Origin: a virus
Taxonomy: Duplodnaviria > Heunggongvirae > Uroviricota > Caudoviricetes
Direction: 5' to 3' (one strand)
IMG/VR virus record: IMGVR_UViG_2529292919_000024
DNA: 36,266 nt
A model generated the notes under the pieces. That model did not search any database. It saw only the letters and a program-made list of their open reading frames with translations, and was not told the DNA's origin. Numbering within the stretch: the stretch's first letter is position 1; every line of letters starts with the position of its first letter. The position numbers and the translations under genes are program-made. This document shows positions 1-10,293 of this stretch, piece after piece.

Positions 1-696
1 TCACTTAGGGTATGGCTGAACCCTGAATAGCTTGGTGTTTAGCCGCTTCCTTGCTCGCTTGTTCAGGAATCTGATGTAGCGATACTGATTAAATTTGTGC
101 ACCACGGCACGCTCTTTATTAGCCCGTAAATACACGCCTCGTTGTCCACCTCGCTTAATCGCGTTCATCGTTATCTCGTGATACCACTCACCATCCAGCT
201 CGTAGAACGTACTTTCATGACTGCCAATAAAATCAAAATTCGACGCCTGATACACAACGCCTGCGCGTCCGCAGCGTTCGTCAGCAAAGGACTGAACCCA
301 CTCCACTGACGGATACAGTAATCTGATAACTTTCAGCGCGTAGCTGATGGCCCGTGATTCAGAGTTGCGGGGCATGTCGTCGTGTAGCCACATGCGGTTC
401 AACTCCATATAGCCCCGGTTATCCGTTTCAAGCACGACACGACGACCTGAGTTGGGGTTAAGGGCATATCCCCACTGGAGAACGCCAACCAGATCGCGTC
501 CGCTGAATACCCCCAGGTGAAGGTAAGAGTTATTCACAAAACGGCGGGAATAGTGCTTTGTCTGAATAATTGTGCGGGCTAGCCAGCAGGATATGGTTTC
601 AACGCGCAGCTCCTTTGAACCATAGCCAACAATCTGGCCTTCATACTCAATAACGCACGGTTTCGTCAGAATGCGTGATTTCTTCTCTTTTCCCAC
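1..696 (-). CDS. mom: Mom DNA-modification protein (adenine N6 acetamido modification, anti-restriction)
   Basis: ORF 1..726 runs to the window edge and its sequence matches Mu Mom as I recall it. The likely start is GTG at 696..694, preceded by GGAG at a 7-nt spacing and giving 231 aa. The in-frame ATG at 726 has no Shine-Dalgarno sequence. The start overlaps the com 3' end, as in Mu. Confidence 0.85.
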   Translation of the reverse strand: MGKEKKSRILTKPCVIEYEGQIVGYGSKELRVETISCWLARTIIQTKHYSRRFVNNSYLHLGVFSGRDLVGVLQWGYALNPNSGRRVVLETDNRGYMELNRMWLHDDMPRNSESRAISYALKVIRLLYPSVEWVQSFADERCGRAGVVYQASNFDFIGSHESTFYELDGEWYHEITMNAIKRGGQRGVYLRANKERAVVHKFNQYRYIRFLNKRARKRLNTKLFRVQPYPK

Positions 697-835
697 AATG
701 TTTCTCCGTGGGATGCTCGCAGGCATTCAGCATTATGATGTGACGTTTGCAACGCGGACACCTGATTTCAATGTGAACAAAGGAATCCGCCTTAAATAAC
801 AGTTTGTTGCAGTTTTTACAGCGAATTGATTTCAT
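647..835 (-). CDS. com: Com zinc-finger translational activator of mom
   Basis: 62-aa [16 protein letters not shown]...CPRCKRH with a C4 zinc-ribbon motif, near-identical to Mu Com as recalled. Strong RBS AAAGGAGGTGAG before the ATG; overlaps the mom start. Confidence 0.92.
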   Translation of the reverse strand: MKSIRCKNCNKLLFKADSFVHIEIRCPRCKRHIIMLNACEHPTEKHCGKREEITHSDETVRY

Positions 836-944
836 CTCACCTCCTTTGCATCAATTCGCCACTATCTTAAAAAACATCGTGGGTTAAGTGTGGTTATTAG
901 GGCATAATCGATCTGTATTACCGATCGATTTGATTGATTCGATC
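836..944 (-). promoter_or_regulatory. Pmom late promoter region with upstream Dam GATC cluster
   Basis: The minus-strand sense reads CGATGTTTTTTAAGAT, a T6 run abutting the -10-like TAAGAT (plus 864..874), about 25 nt upstream of the com ATG. Three GATC sites at 910, 923 and 941 overlap the gin stop, matching the Dam/OxyR-sensitive region described for Mu mom. The same T6 plus -10 arrangement recurs upstream of lys. Confidence 0.6.
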
Positions 945-1511
945 GTCGTTTTCTATATGCGTTCGTTTCGCAGGGTGTTTTTTATACAGAGTTGAGAGGG
1001 CCACATCGTAGATCAATGCGACCTGCTTGCGGGGGATTCCTTGTGCTAATAAACGCCCGGCCTGCTCCCACTCTGCTTTGGTTAGTTTAGGTGGTCGCCC
1101 ACCAATACGGCCTTTATTTCTGGCGGCAGCAAGTCCAGCCATCGTTCGCTCGATAATTAGTTCTCGTTCCATTTCAGCCAGAGCCCCCATAACGTGGAAG
1201 AAAAAACGCCCCATTGGAGAAGATGTGTCTATGCTGTCGGTCAGACTGCGAAAATTAATCCCTCGCTCCCGTAGTTCCCCGACGAGAGAAATCAGATGTT
1301 TCATGCTTCGCCCGAGGCGATCCAGTTTCCAGACAACCAGCGTGTCACCTTTTTGAAGGCGCTTTAAAGCGCGTTTTAATCCCGGTCGGTCTGTCTTTGT
1401 CCCGCTTAATTTATCTTCAAATATTTGTTCACATCCTGCACAAACAAGAGCGTTTCGTTGCAGGTCTGTATTCTGGTCATTTGTTGATACCCTTATATAG
1501 CCAATCAGCAC
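918..1511 (-). CDS. gin: Gin serine recombinase (G-segment DNA invertase)
   Basis: 197-aa ORF beginning MLIGYIRVSTNDQNTDLQRNAL, the resolvase/invertase N-terminal catalytic motif, with a C-terminal HTH. It lies immediately next to a gix site. Start is GTG at 1511 with a GGGAG Shine-Dalgarno sequence. Confidence 0.93.
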   Translation of the reverse strand: MLIGYIRVSTNDQNTDLQRNALVCAGCEQIFEDKLSGTKTDRPGLKRALKRLQKGDTLVVWKLDRLGRSMKHLISLVGELRERGINFRSLTDSIDTSSPMGRFFFHVMGALAEMERELIIERTMAGLAAARNKGRIGGRPPKLTKAEWEQAGRLLAQGIPRKQVALIYDVALSTLYKKHPAKRTHIENDDRINQIDR

Positions 1512-1565
1512 TCTGGATCTCCCGTTTAAAAGCGCAAATCATGCCATGCAGGCCGGAAACAGCCA

Positions 1566-1599
1566 TTATCCAAAACCTCGGTTTACAGGAAACGGTAAA
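1566..1599. repeat. gix inversion site / 34-bp inverted repeat (gin-proximal)
   Basis: TTATCCAAAACCTCGGTTTACAGGAAACGGTAAA; its reverse complement recurs at 4510..4543 with one mismatch in the 26-bp core site (C versus G at core position 12); a second mismatch lies just outside the 34 bp. The 26-bp core matches the Gin recombination site as recalled. Confidence 0.9.
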
Positions 1600-2536
1600 T
1601 CAGGCTTCTGGCGCATTACAGAAAAAACAGAACGGCGCAGATATTCCAGGAAAAGATACCTTCACCAAAAATATTGGTGCCTGCCGCGCATATAGCGCAT
1701 GGCTGAATATTGGTGGCGATAGTCAGACCTGGACAACCGCACAATTCATTTCGTGGCTGGAGAGTCAGGGGGCATTTAACCATCCTTACTGGATGTGCAA
1801 AGGCTCATGGGCTTATGCAAACAATAAGGTCATTACAGATACAGGTTGCGGAAATATTTGTCTTGCAGGTGCTGTGGTGGAAGTTATTGGCACTCGCGGC
1901 GCAATGACCATACGCGTTACCACGCCGAGTACGTCCATCGGCGGCGGAATCACTAACGCTCAATTCACTTATATTAATCATGGTGATGCTTACGCTCCTG
2001 GCTGGCGACGAGACTACAACACGAAAAACCAGCAGCCTGCATTTGCTTTAGGGCAAACAGGAAGCAGGGTTGCAAATGATAAAGCTGTTGGCTGGAACTG
2101 GAATAGCGGCGTTTATAATGCAGATATCAGTGGCGCATCGACATTAATCCTCCACTTTAATATGAATGCGGGGAGTTGCCCTGCTGTACAGTTCCGCGTG
2201 AATTACAGAAATGGCGGTATCTTTTATCGTTCAGCGCGTGATGGTTATGGCTTTGAAGCTAACTGGTCAGAGTTTTACACCACAACACGCAAACCCTCTG
2301 CGGGAGATGTTGGTGCATATACGCAGGCAGAATGTAACTCAAGGTTTATTACAGGTATTCGCCTTGGCGGTCTGTCATCTGTTCAGACATGGAATGGTCC
2401 TGGCTGGTCTGACAGGTCAGGTTATGTCGTTACTGGTTCAGTTAACGGAAACCGTGATGAATTAATTGATACAACTCAGGCAAGGCCAATTCAGTATTGC
2501 ATTAATGGAACGTGGTATAACGCAGGGAGTATTTAA
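1568..2536 (+). CDS. Tail fibre alternative variable part Sv' (expressed only after G inversion, fused to Sc)
   Basis: Open frame continuous through the gix site with no start of its own. Its first residues after the gix site (IQNLGLQETVN) parallel S after its gix site ([11 protein letters not shown]), and the C-terminus (...IQYCINGTWYNAGSI) is paralogous to the S C-terminus. Confidence 0.8.
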   Translation: MQNLGLQETVNQASGALQKKQNGADIPGKDTFTKNIGACRAYSAWLNIGGDSQTWTTAQFISWLESQGAFNHPYWMCKGSWAYANNKVITDTGCGNICLAGAVVEVIGTRGAMTIRVTTPSTSIGGGITNAQFTYINHGDAYAPGWRRDYNTKNQQPAFALGQTGSRVANDKAVGWNWNSGVYNADISGASTLILHFNMNAGSCPAVQFRVNYRNGGIFYRSARDGYGFEANWSEFYTTTRKPSAGDVGAYTQAECNSRFITGIRLGGLSSVQTWNGPGWSDRSGYVVTGSVNGNRDELIDTTQARPIQYCINGTWYNAGSI

Positions 2537-2538
2537 TT

Positions 2539-3072
2539 ATGATGCACTTAAAAAACATTACTGCTGGCAATCCTAAAACAAAAGAGCAATACCAGCTAAC
2601 AAAGCAATTTAACATCAAATGGCTTTATTCAGATGATGGAAAAAACTGGTATGAGGAACAAAAGAATTTCCGGCCAGACACATTGAAAATGGCCTATGAC
2701 CATAACGGCGTTATTATTTGTATTGAAAAGGATGTTTCAGCAATTAATCCGGAAGGCGCAAGCGTCGTTGAATTACCTGATATTACAGCAAATCGCCGGG
2801 CTGATATTTCGGGTAAATGGATGTTCAAAGATGGCGCAGTGATAAAGCGAACTTATACCGGGGAAGAGCAGAGGCAACAGGCGGAAAATGAAAAGCAAAG
2901 CCTGTTGCAACTTGTCAGGGATAAAACCCAGCTATGGGACTCACAGCTACGGCTGGGCATCATTTCCGACGAGAATAAACAAAAATTAACCGAGTGGATG
3001 CTCTATGCGCAGAAAGTCGAATCTACAGACACCTCCAGCCTGCCAGTAACGTTTCCAGAACAACCAGAATGA
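2539..3072 (+). CDS. Tail fibre assembly protein U' (alternative)
   Basis: 177-aa paralogue of U with the same N-terminus ([21 protein letters not shown]). The stop/RBS/start junction with Sv' mirrors the S-U junction. Confidence 0.85.
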   Translation: MMHLKNITAGNPKTKEQYQLTKQFNIKWLYSDDGKNWYEEQKNFRPDTLKMAYDHNGVIICIEKDVSAINPEGASVVELPDITANRRADISGKWMFKDGAVIKRTYTGEEQRQQAENEKQSLLQLVRDKTQLWDSQLRLGIISDENKQKLTEWMLYAQKVESTDTSSLPVTFPEQPE

Positions 3073-3075
3073 GAC

Positions 3076-3102
3076 AAGGCCCGCTATCGGGCCTTAATTT
3101 TT
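3076..3102. terminator. Intrinsic terminator hairpin between convergent U' and U
   Basis: AAGGCCCG-CTAT-CGGGCCTT stem-loop followed by a T5 run on the plus strand. It sits between the two convergent 3' ends in the middle of the G segment, so it can serve whichever orientation is expressed. Confidence 0.6.
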
Positions 3103-3628
3103 ATTCAGGCTTTTGTGGCCATTCAGGATTTGCCGTATCCACACGGCTGACCAGAACACTGTAGCGCTCCCATGCTTCCAGTCGGCTACGCTCCTCATCT
3201 GTTGCCATGTTCAGCCTGACAGCGCGTTCCAGTGGCTGAATAACGCTTTCTGCTTCAGAAAGCAACGCGGCCTTTTGTGATTCGGCCTGTTGTTGCAGTT
3301 CCTGTTCTGTATATTCCCTCTTTACTACTTTACCATACAGAAACATCCATTTTCCGTTATTGTCTGCGCGACGATTTGCCGTAATATCAGGAACTTCAAC
3401 TATGCTTAGCCCTTCAGGATTAATAGTTGAAACGTCTTTACTGACAGCAACGATGATGTTGTTCTCATCGTAAGCAATTTTTATGGTGTCTGGCTGAAAA
3501 TTCTTTTGTTCCTCATACCAGTTTTTGCCATCTTCGCAAAAGAGCCATACCACGCCCGCTTTTTCAGTTAGCTGGTATTGTTCTTTTGTTTTAGGGTTGC
3601 CAGCAGTAATATTTTTTAAGTGCATCAT
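3101..3628 (-). CDS. U: Tail fibre assembly protein U
   Basis: Begins at ATGATG directly after the S stop, with GGAG upstream; 175 aa; paralogue of U'. The ORF-track start at 3664 is an in-frame extension overlapping S. Confidence 0.85.
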   Translation of the reverse strand: MMHLKNITAGNPKTKEQYQLTEKAGVVWLFCEDGKNWYEEQKNFQPDTIKIAYDENNIIVAVSKDVSTINPEGLSIVEVPDITANRRADNNGKWMFLYGKVVKREYTEQELQQQAESQKAALLSEAESVIQPLERAVRLNMATDEERSRLEAWERYSVLVSRVDTANPEWPQKPE

Positions 3629-3629
3629 C

Positions 3630-5039
3630 TTAAACACTCCCCACGTTGTACCATATTCCCCCAATCAATTTCTGAATTGGCCTTCTGGCAACAGTGTCGA
3701 CAAGATCATCCGCATTGCCGTTAATTGCGGCTGTTAAAACATAACCTGACGCATCGCCAAAGCCGTAGTCGCGCCATACGTTTTTATATTCAATGCTGCC
3801 AAGACGAATATCCCGAACGACATGATTATGCAGCCATGTGCTTAACCAGTTGTTTTCCCACACTGAACCATAAATATCGCCATTAGACGCAACTTGCGCA
3901 CCACTTCCCAGAGCGAAACCGCCATCCCTTTTAAAGATGAAGTCACCACCACCATCTGAACCGTTATTAATATGAACACCATCACCACCGTTATCTTTCC
4001 ACAAAAACATACGAATACTTCCGTCTTCGTTGGTGAATGTAATGTGGTGGCGGTAATTACTTTTTAATCTAAAACTGCTGCAATTAGATTCAATATCTTT
4101 ATAAAGATGTAATCCTAACCCATCAATATGTCCGATGCGCGAACCATTTGAATAGAAGCTAATAATACCATCTCCATCTTGCCTAAATCCGGTGTCGTTA
4201 TCTCCCAGAACAATGGAGTTTTCACCCAGTGCGTTATCAGTAGCACCAATAGCTAGACCTCCTTCAATTTTGGCCCCGTGGCTGACATATATAGCACCTG
4301 TTCTCAGATTTATAGCGAATGGCCTTAATGGGCCGATATCACCGTTTTCGCCTTGTCCTTCAGCCGTCGGAATGAAATGAAGAAAATCTTCTGAACGACG
4401 GAAAATAAGACCGAAGGCATCATTGAAAATTCGCAGCGCATTCACCGTGCCAATTTTCAGTTCTCCGGTCATTTTATCGCCGGAACGCTGAACGGCGTTA
4501 CCAGCCTTGTTTACCGTTTCCTGTAAACCGACGTTTTGGATAAACAGCGGCTTATTGGGAATATCTGCTCCGTTCCGGTCTTTTGCCAGACGGGCATTGG
4601 CATTATCCATCGCAATTTTCACCGCTTTTGCGGTGGCTGCCAGCGTTTCACTGGGGCTGTCAGTGGCACTGGTTAGCTGAACGAGTCCTTTTTTGTTCAG
4701 GCTGGCATCATAGATATCCAGATTTTCACGTGCTGTACGCTGTGCTGATACCCCGGCAATTTTAATTTCGCTGAGGTTATTTTTTATCAGCAGCGCGTTC
4801 TTGTTCATGATGGCTTTAATGGACAGTGCAAGCTGGTTTAATTTTGTTTTATCCGGTTGAATACCGGCTTCTTCCAGCGTGTTTAATAACTCCGCCTGCA
4901 CAATATTAAACCAGTCCATGCCGGGCCATGTGATAACATTATTCCCGTCACCTTCTGAAAACCAGCGAACGATAGCACTACGCTGGGCGGATACGGGCGG
5001 CATGACGGTTACGCCGCTGTCGTTATCAATATAAAACAT
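3630..5039 (-). CDS. S: Tail fibre protein S (constant Sc plus variable Sv)
   Basis: 469-aa ORF. The gix site lies inside it at 4518..4543, dividing a constant N-terminal part of about 165 aa from the variable part. Glycine-rich, fibre-like composition. Confidence 0.88.
   Translation of the reverse strand: MFYIDNDSGVTVMPPVSAQRSAIVRWFSEGDGNNVITWPGMDWFNIVQAELLNTLEEAGIQPDKTKLNQLALSIKAIMNKNALLIKNNLSEIKIAGVSAQRTARENLDIYDASLNKKGLVQLTSATDSPSETLAATAKAVKIAMDNANARLAKDRNGADIPNKPLFIQNVGLQETVNKAGNAVQRSGDKMTGELKIGTVNALRIFNDAFGLIFRRSEDFLHFIPTAEGQGENGDIGPLRPFAINLRTGAIYVSHGAKIEGGLAIGATDNALGENSIVLGDNDTGFRQDGDGIISFYSNGSRIGHIDGLGLHLYKDIESNCSSFRLKSNYRHHITFTNEDGSIRMFLWKDNGGDGVHINNGSDGGGDFIFKRDGGFALGSGAQVASNGDIYGSVWENNWLSTWLHNHVVRDIRLGSIEYKNVWRDYGFGDASGYVLTAAINGNADDLVDTVARRPIQKLIGGIWYNVGSV
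4510..4543. repeat. gix inversion site / 34-bp inverted repeat (inside S)
   Basis: Reverse complement of 1566..1599 with one mismatch in the core and one outside; the central TC crossover dinucleotide is conserved. Confidence 0.9.
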
Positions 5040-5581
5040 TAGTTATCTCCGTCATGGTAAACAAATTTATAAATCTGATGCGCGGGTTTATATTTCTCCA
5101 GTAAACACTCCAGCGCACCCGATTCATAAACACGTAACGGCGTCAGAACATTATCCAGCACCGTTGCGTTGCGATAATTTTTAATACCGTAAATATTGAC
5201 CTGCGTAACCCACTGGCCTTCTGTGGAATCCGTCAGCCTGACGGTAAAACCGTACTGCGCAGCCAGCCATTCATAAAAGCGCCGACTTAGATTGCCGGTC
5301 ATACGCATTTTATTTGCGGCAGCCCGCTGGCGTTCTGACAGGGTGCCGTTTTCGCTGGTACAGTCCGGCAACCCCAGAAATGATTCCCACTCCCCCAGAT
5401 ACCAGCGGGATGTGGAAGGGAAACGCTCCCACAGCATTTGCCGCGCATCATCCGCCGCAGTGGCAATCACGTCACTGATGGCCTGCGCCAGCGCAGATAA
5501 TTTGCTGTCGGGGCTTTTATTCCAGGCAAGCCCTGACGGCAGTAATTGCAGAAAGGCCGTCTGATAGGGTGTTACAGCCAT
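5039..5581 (-). CDS. Tail/baseplate protein (Mu gp48-like)
   Basis: 180-aa ORF immediately upstream of S; its stop overlaps the S start (TAATG). Assigned by synteny. Confidence 0.7.
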   Translation of the reverse strand: MAVTPYQTAFLQLLPSGLAWNKSPDSKLSALAQAISDVIATAADDARQMLWERFPSTSRWYLGEWESFLGLPDCTSENGTLSERQRAAANKMRMTGNLSRRFYEWLAAQYGFTVRLTDSTEGQWVTQVNIYGIKNYRNATVLDNVLTPLRVYESGALECLLEKYKPAHQIYKFVYHDGDN

Positions 5582-6654
5582 TCAATTGTCCCCGGTGTTA
5601 ACAGTTCCGTATTCTCCGAACGCTGGATCTCTGTCGGGAAACGCACTTCAAAATCATCCAGACCGGTAACACCTGCCACCGCACGGATAATACGGGAGGG
5701 GGCAAGTGCGCCGCCCGGCGTCACCTCATTAAAAAACATGGTATTAATGGCGTGGGTAATAGCCTGTTTCAGTTCGGCTGTCTTCGGTGATATATAAATC
5801 CGTGGATTTACCGGCTTTGCCTTTGGCGCAAATACCGTGACATTTACACCATCAGGCTGCCCGACAATCAGGCCGGTGATCGGGTCAGTATGACCGGCGA
5901 TATAATCCGCCACGCGTTCCACGTCTGCCGGTTGTGGAAAAATATTGCTTCGGTTATCCATAACAAACGTCACCCCGACTGTGCCACCGCCTTTCCATGT
6001 CGGAAAACACCAGGCACGGGTAACGCCGCTGACTTCACGCGCCCAGCGAACATAATCAAACTGATTACCGCCGAACGGAGGATACTGGACACGATATTCC
6101 AGCCGTGACAGCAGCTCCGCTGCACTCTCAATATCAGCCCCACCGGAAAACCCTTTTACAGTGATGGCATCGGAAACAACACAGGCAACCGGGGTGATCA
6201 ACGTTAAAAGGGTATTCTCACCGGTATTTCCTGCCTCACCGGCAGCCAGTGCGGTAACGGTAATTTCCGTCGTTCCTGCACGGTCAATCACAATGGCATC
6301 AGCCAGGCTGTAAACCACACCATCAGCACGCTGCCAGCGTGTACCGGCAGGAATGGTGGTCGCTGCCGATGTGGTGACAGTCAGCGGGCCGCTGGCGGCT
6401 GTCGCCTGTTTGCGGCGCACGCCCCAGAACCGGCAGTGCTCCAGCAACTCATCTTCATCTGCTGTCGACGGGATAATCTGCCGTCCAACCCATGAAATAT
6501 GCTCGTGACAACCGGCAGCAAGGCCCGCCTGAGCATAAGCAATGGCACTCAGCGTTTTTTCACGGGCCTGAGGCCAGCTACCCGGCAGGCGCTGTTCAAT
6601 ATTCTGTTCTGTACGGGCAATCAGCGATGATAATGTCGGTGGTGAATAAGCCAT
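5572..6654 (-). CDS. Baseplate J-like wedge protein (Mu gp47-like)
   Basis: 360-aa ORF in the baseplate cluster, assigned by position and size. Confidence 0.75.
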   Translation of the reverse strand: MAYSPPTLSSLIARTEQNIEQRLPGSWPQAREKTLSAIAYAQAGLAAGCHEHISWVGRQIIPSTADEDELLEHCRFWGVRRKQATAASGPLTVTTSAATTIPAGTRWQRADGVVYSLADAIVIDRAGTTEITVTALAAGEAGNTGENTLLTLITPVACVVSDAITVKGFSGGADIESAAELLSRLEYRVQYPPFGGNQFDYVRWAREVSGVTRAWCFPTWKGGGTVGVTFVMDNRSNIFPQPADVERVADYIAGHTDPITGLIVGQPDGVNVTVFAPKAKPVNPRIYISPKTAELKQAITHAINTMFFNEVTPGGALAPSRIIRAVAGVTGLDDFEVRFPTEIQRSENTELLTPGTIEWL

Positions 6655-7092
6655 TTAAACCCCGTTAAATGCTGCTTTAAACTCATAAGGAATAACGGAA
6701 CCATCCGGTAATGTCAGTGCAATGTAGAGGTATAACCAGCCCTGATGTAACTGTTCCGCTCTGACGTTAATCGCACTTACCCGGCCCGCTGTTTTCAGCC
6801 ATTCCAGCGCCTCTTCGGCATACCCTCTGGCGCGTTCCAGCGTATCCGGTGTGGCTTTTTCACGTGATAACAGCCACAACCGCGAACCGATGGGGCGGTC
6901 GCGGTAACTGTCACCCCACCATCCACGGCGATCATCTGAACCATCCGGCAGCGTGTCAGAATCCAGCGCGCGCCGGTCGGTAAACAGGGAGATTGTCACA
7001 TCGGTCGTCAGACTGTCGTCGGTCAGCATATCAATGCCATCCTGTGCAATATCGCCGCGTCCGTTCGTCCAGATAATGGCTAAATCGGTCAT
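6655..7092 (-). CDS. Baseplate protein (Mu gp46-like, GP46/gp25-like)
   Basis: 145-aa ORF with ATGA overlap to the upstream gene; assigned by synteny. Confidence 0.7.
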   Translation of the reverse strand: MTDLAIIWTNGRGDIAQDGIDMLTDDSLTTDVTISLFTDRRALDSDTLPDGSDDRRGWWGDSYRDRPIGSRLWLLSREKATPDTLERARGYAEEALEWLKTAGRVSAINVRAEQLHQGWLYLYIALTLPDGSVIPYEFKAAFNGV

Positions 7093-7682
7093 TGCATCGG
7101 CCCCGTGGTTCCGCCGCTGTCGCCGCGGTGGATATGCTTATCCGTCGATTTGCCATTGATGATGGCATCCGGGGCAGTAATATTGCTGTCGAACTGGCTT
7201 TTACCTTTAACGCCCAGACCTTTCTGGATCTCAACGTCGCCGGTAAACGTGGTTCTGGGTGTATCAACGGTCATACTTTCATCAGCGTAAATCTCAACCG
7301 TTTTACAGGTAATGATGCAGCGCCCGTCCTTTGTCAGCCTGATACGATGTCCCTCGTGGTGGTAAATGCCTGCATCACCCGGTTCAAGATTTGTCGGGCG
7401 GTAGCGGCGGTCTTCCACCACAACGGCAATCCCCTGATCACGTTGTGCACCCACACAGGCAATCAGCGCCTCTGCGCCCGGCAGAGGAACGCTGAAATGC
7501 CCGTAATTTTGCAGGCGCTCCACTTCATCAGATTCCTCATCATCCAGCAGACCGACCTGCAGGTTCTGAACCTTTCGCCCGTCGTTAATCACGTTAACAA
7601 CGGCACGCGCAAGCATCAGACGCACACGACGCATCAGCGGTGTCAGCAGGCGGTTCATGGCGGAATCATTTACTCTTTCCAC
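7089..7682 (-). CDS. Baseplate spike / assembly protein (Mu gp45-like)
   Basis: 197-aa ORF in the baseplate cluster. Confidence 0.7.
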   Translation of the reverse strand: MERVNDSAMNRLLTPLMRRVRLMLARAVVNVINDGRKVQNLQVGLLDDEESDEVERLQNYGHFSVPLPGAEALIACVGAQRDQGIAVVVEDRRYRPTNLEPGDAGIYHHEGHRIRLTKDGRCIITCKTVEIYADESMTVDTPRTTFTGDVEIQKGLGVKGKSQFDSNITAPDAIINGKSTDKHIHRGDSGGTTGPMQ

Positions 7683-8809
7683 GGCGGCGTTTTCTCCGGG
7701 TGTCTGCGATAATAATCTTCAACCAGCGCATCAATACCGCCGTTACTGTCGCCGCCTTTCCTGTTTTTACGGTCGCTTTCAACCGGCACCAGAAAGCCTT
7801 CGCGTGGTGCAAGGCTGACGCGGGTTTTCAGCCCGTCCTGGTCATTCAGTATCAGGGTGACTTTGCTGACCAGTAATTCCGTGGTTTTGATGGCATATTT
7901 CGAGGCATCAATAGTGACCAGCAGGTTCGGCATCCAGAGTTGCCCGTCCTTGCGAGTCCATCCGTCAATTTCAGCCTCAAAGGTGATGGATTTTGCCAGT
8001 CTGCGGCGTTGCTCACGCAGGGCGCGGGCCTGTGCATCCTTCGCCGTAATTTTGCTGTCAGCAATGATGATCATCGGTCTGTAACGGGTCACATCACTGT
8101 CAGTGGCGGTCCCTTTCCGGGAGACGATACTTTTCGCATCAATATCATCACCCTCAGCACCATTTGCGCGGGCATACCCCTTGACGGTGTATTCGCTGAA
8201 CCGGTCGCGGAAGTCTTCCTCAAAATCCAGTGTCAGCAGATTTTCTCCGAGAACCAGCTCATCAGTGGCTGTGCTGGCAGCCCGGCTGAATACCAGCTCT
8301 CCGGCGGCATTGCTGGTCATCAGTACACCGCGTGCGCGGGAGGCACGCACCAGCGCCTCATAAACGGTTTCTGAATGGTCCAGCGTGAAGCCGGGAAAAG
8401 CTGCCGAACTTTCCTTATCGGAAAGCTCCCAGCGAACGGTAACGCCATAAGGGGTGCACAGGTCACGCGCAATCTGCTCCAGTGTGCGGTTTTTCCACTG
8501 TCCGCCACTGTAAACGGCAGCACAGTCAATCAGGTCAGCCGTTTTGTCACGTCCGGCGACAGTGATTTTCATACTGTCAGCGGTCATCTGACGTCGCCGT
8601 GAATCGATATAACCGGTGCAGACAATCTGCCCCCCGATTTCGAGCGTGAACTTCTTCCCCGGTGCCAGCCCGGATAAATCCGTGCCCGGTGGCACGTTTA
8701 CCCCCAGCTCAAAATATCCGGCTACGGATTCAATCGAGCGGGTGACAGAGACTGACGTCCAGCCGGTAAAAAGCCTGCCATCCGTTCGCAGCGTGACGGT
8801 ATTACTCAT
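7670..8809 (-). CDS. Baseplate hub protein (Mu gp44-like)
   Basis: 379-aa ORF overlapping its neighbours at both ends, as expected for translational coupling. Confidence 0.75.
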   Translation of the reverse strand: MSNTVTLRTDGRLFTGWTSVSVTRSIESVAGYFELGVNVPPGTDLSGLAPGKKFTLEIGGQIVCTGYIDSRRRQMTADSMKITVAGRDKTADLIDCAAVYSGGQWKNRTLEQIARDLCTPYGVTVRWELSDKESSAAFPGFTLDHSETVYEALVRASRARGVLMTSNAAGELVFSRAASTATDELVLGENLLTLDFEEDFRDRFSEYTVKGYARANGAEGDDIDAKSIVSRKGTATDSDVTRYRPMIIIADSKITAKDAQARALREQRRRLAKSITFEAEIDGWTRKDGQLWMPNLLVTIDASKYAIKTTELLVSKVTLILNDQDGLKTRVSLAPREGFLVPVESDRKNRKGGDSNGGIDALVEDYYRRHPEKTPPWKE

Positions 8810-10289
8810 TAATCACCTCAATACTGACACCACCGGGAACAAACAACGGGTTGCTGATACCGTTCCTGCGGGCCAGCCGTTGCCAGTTCCGGCTGTTTCC
8901 TGTGTAACGGTACAGGGCCACCATTGCAGGCATCGTCTCCGGCAGGCGGTGCGTTTCACTGCCCGCCAGTTGCAGCCCGCGTTTTTCCAGGTCGGCAACA
9001 ACCAGCAGACGCAGTTGCGTAAGCTGAACGCTGTCTGTCGAAAAGCCCTGCTCAGATGCCGTCAGAATGACGGTATCCAGTGCAGCCCCCAGCATGGCGG
9101 CTGTTTTTCCGATATCGGACACACTTTCAAATACCGGGGGCGTGGCTGTACCACTGTCTGAAAAGGATACCTGTGAAAAGCCGCCGTCCGGGGTTATGGC
9201 AGTTAACTGTAACTGTCCCTGTGTGACGGTAGCAGATGTGCTGCTGGCCCCGCTGGCTGTGCCGGTTGTGGTGGACGGGGCATCCAGTACAGGTGCACGG
9301 GCGGCATTATCCATCCGGCGACTGAAATCCAGTGCCGCAGTCAGTGCCTGGCTGGCAGCTTCTGCCCGGTATGTCTGCGCCGCTGCCAGCATGACGTAGT
9401 TCAGTGTGGCAATATTTTTTTCTGCAACCGGACTGTTGTACGAGGTTGTGATTGCCCCCTGTCTGCCTGCGGTGGCGGCATGGCGACGTTCGAATCGCTG
9501 CGCCAGACGGTTCCATGTGGAAAATGCTGTCCGGGTATCGCATAACGATGAAACGCCGGACAACGCCCCCATCAGTGAAGATGTCAGCATGGCTGGTTTA
9601 TTTATCAGGCCGGTCACAGAACCTTTCATTGCAGAAAGTGACCCCATCAGGCCGCTGACAGTCTGGGTGATCCCCAGATTATCCACCGCATCACAGATAT
9701 CATCGATGACACCGGTTACGGCATCCATTACGGCTGTTGCCGCCGCTGTGCCATCTTTTACGGTCTGCCAGACAGAGGACAGCGTATCTCCCAGCGAACC
9801 GGTTACAGCAACGGCCTGTGCCGGTACGGCTGCACTGGTGTCTGTCTCTGCGTCCGGGGCAGTATCCTGCAACGACGGATAAACGGTAACGGTGAACGCG
9901 TAATAATTCAGTTCATCCGCTTTAGTACGGCATTCCCATGAGTCCACCATGACGTCCACAGTGCCGAACTCTGGATGCACCAGTTCGCCGCTGCCCGGTG
10001 CATCAAGAGCATCCATCAGCGCACCCGCTTCATCTCTGGCTGTTTCTGCGTTGCTGTTCAGAATGCAGATGCTGAATGTGCGGGAGCGAAGTTTTTTCCC
10101 CAGGTCATTGACACCGCCGGTATCACGTAACGGGTACTCGCGTTTAACCAGACGACGTCCACCAGCCTGTTTTTGCTCCTCAATGACGAGAAACGGCACG
10201 TTACGGAACGTGCCTTTGCCGGTTGTTTTCTTACCACCGCCGATTTTATCCCGGACAGAATTAACGGCATTTAACGCATCTTCAAACAT
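8802..10289 (-). CDS. Tail protein following the tape measure (Mu gp43-like, DNA circularization protein N-like)
   Basis: 495-aa ORF directly downstream of the tape-measure gene. The letter assignment is from memory and uncertain. Confidence 0.65.
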   Translation of the reverse strand: MFEDALNAVNSVRDKIGGGKKTTGKGTFRNVPFLVIEEQKQAGGRRLVKREYPLRDTGGVNDLGKKLRSRTFSICILNSNAETARDEAGALMDALDAPGSGELVHPEFGTVDVMVDSWECRTKADELNYYAFTVTVYPSLQDTAPDAETDTSAAVPAQAVAVTGSLGDTLSSVWQTVKDGTAAATAVMDAVTGVIDDICDAVDNLGITQTVSGLMGSLSAMKGSVTGLINKPAMLTSSLMGALSGVSSLCDTRTAFSTWNRLAQRFERRHAATAGRQGAITTSYNSPVAEKNIATLNYVMLAAAQTYRAEAASQALTAALDFSRRMDNAARAPVLDAPSTTTGTASGASSTSATVTQGQLQLTAITPDGGFSQVSFSDSGTATPPVFESVSDIGKTAAMLGAALDTVILTASEQGFSTDSVQLTQLRLLVVADLEKRGLQLAGSETHRLPETMPAMVALYRYTGNSRNWQRLARRNGISNPLFVPGGVSIEVINE

Positions 10290-10293
10290 GGTT

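Larger units (their letters stand above)
1566..4543. other. Invertible G segment (host-range switch), currently in the S-U expressing orientation
   Basis: A roughly 3-kb segment bounded by inverted gix repeats. It holds convergent tail-fibre cassettes: Sv and U on the phage-forward (minus) strand, Sv' and U' on the plus strand. The constant S 5' part lies outside the segment, and gin is adjacent. Confidence 0.9.

Noticed and set aside
908-950. CGATCGAT-rich stretch as a possible restriction or repeat element
   Set aside because: Best explained as the Dam GATC cluster of the mom regulatory region overlapping the gin stop, not a separate element.
1027-1356. 109-aa plus-strand ORF inside gin
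   Set aside because: Antisense to the well-supported recombinase gene, Arg/Ser/Pro-rich, no RBS.
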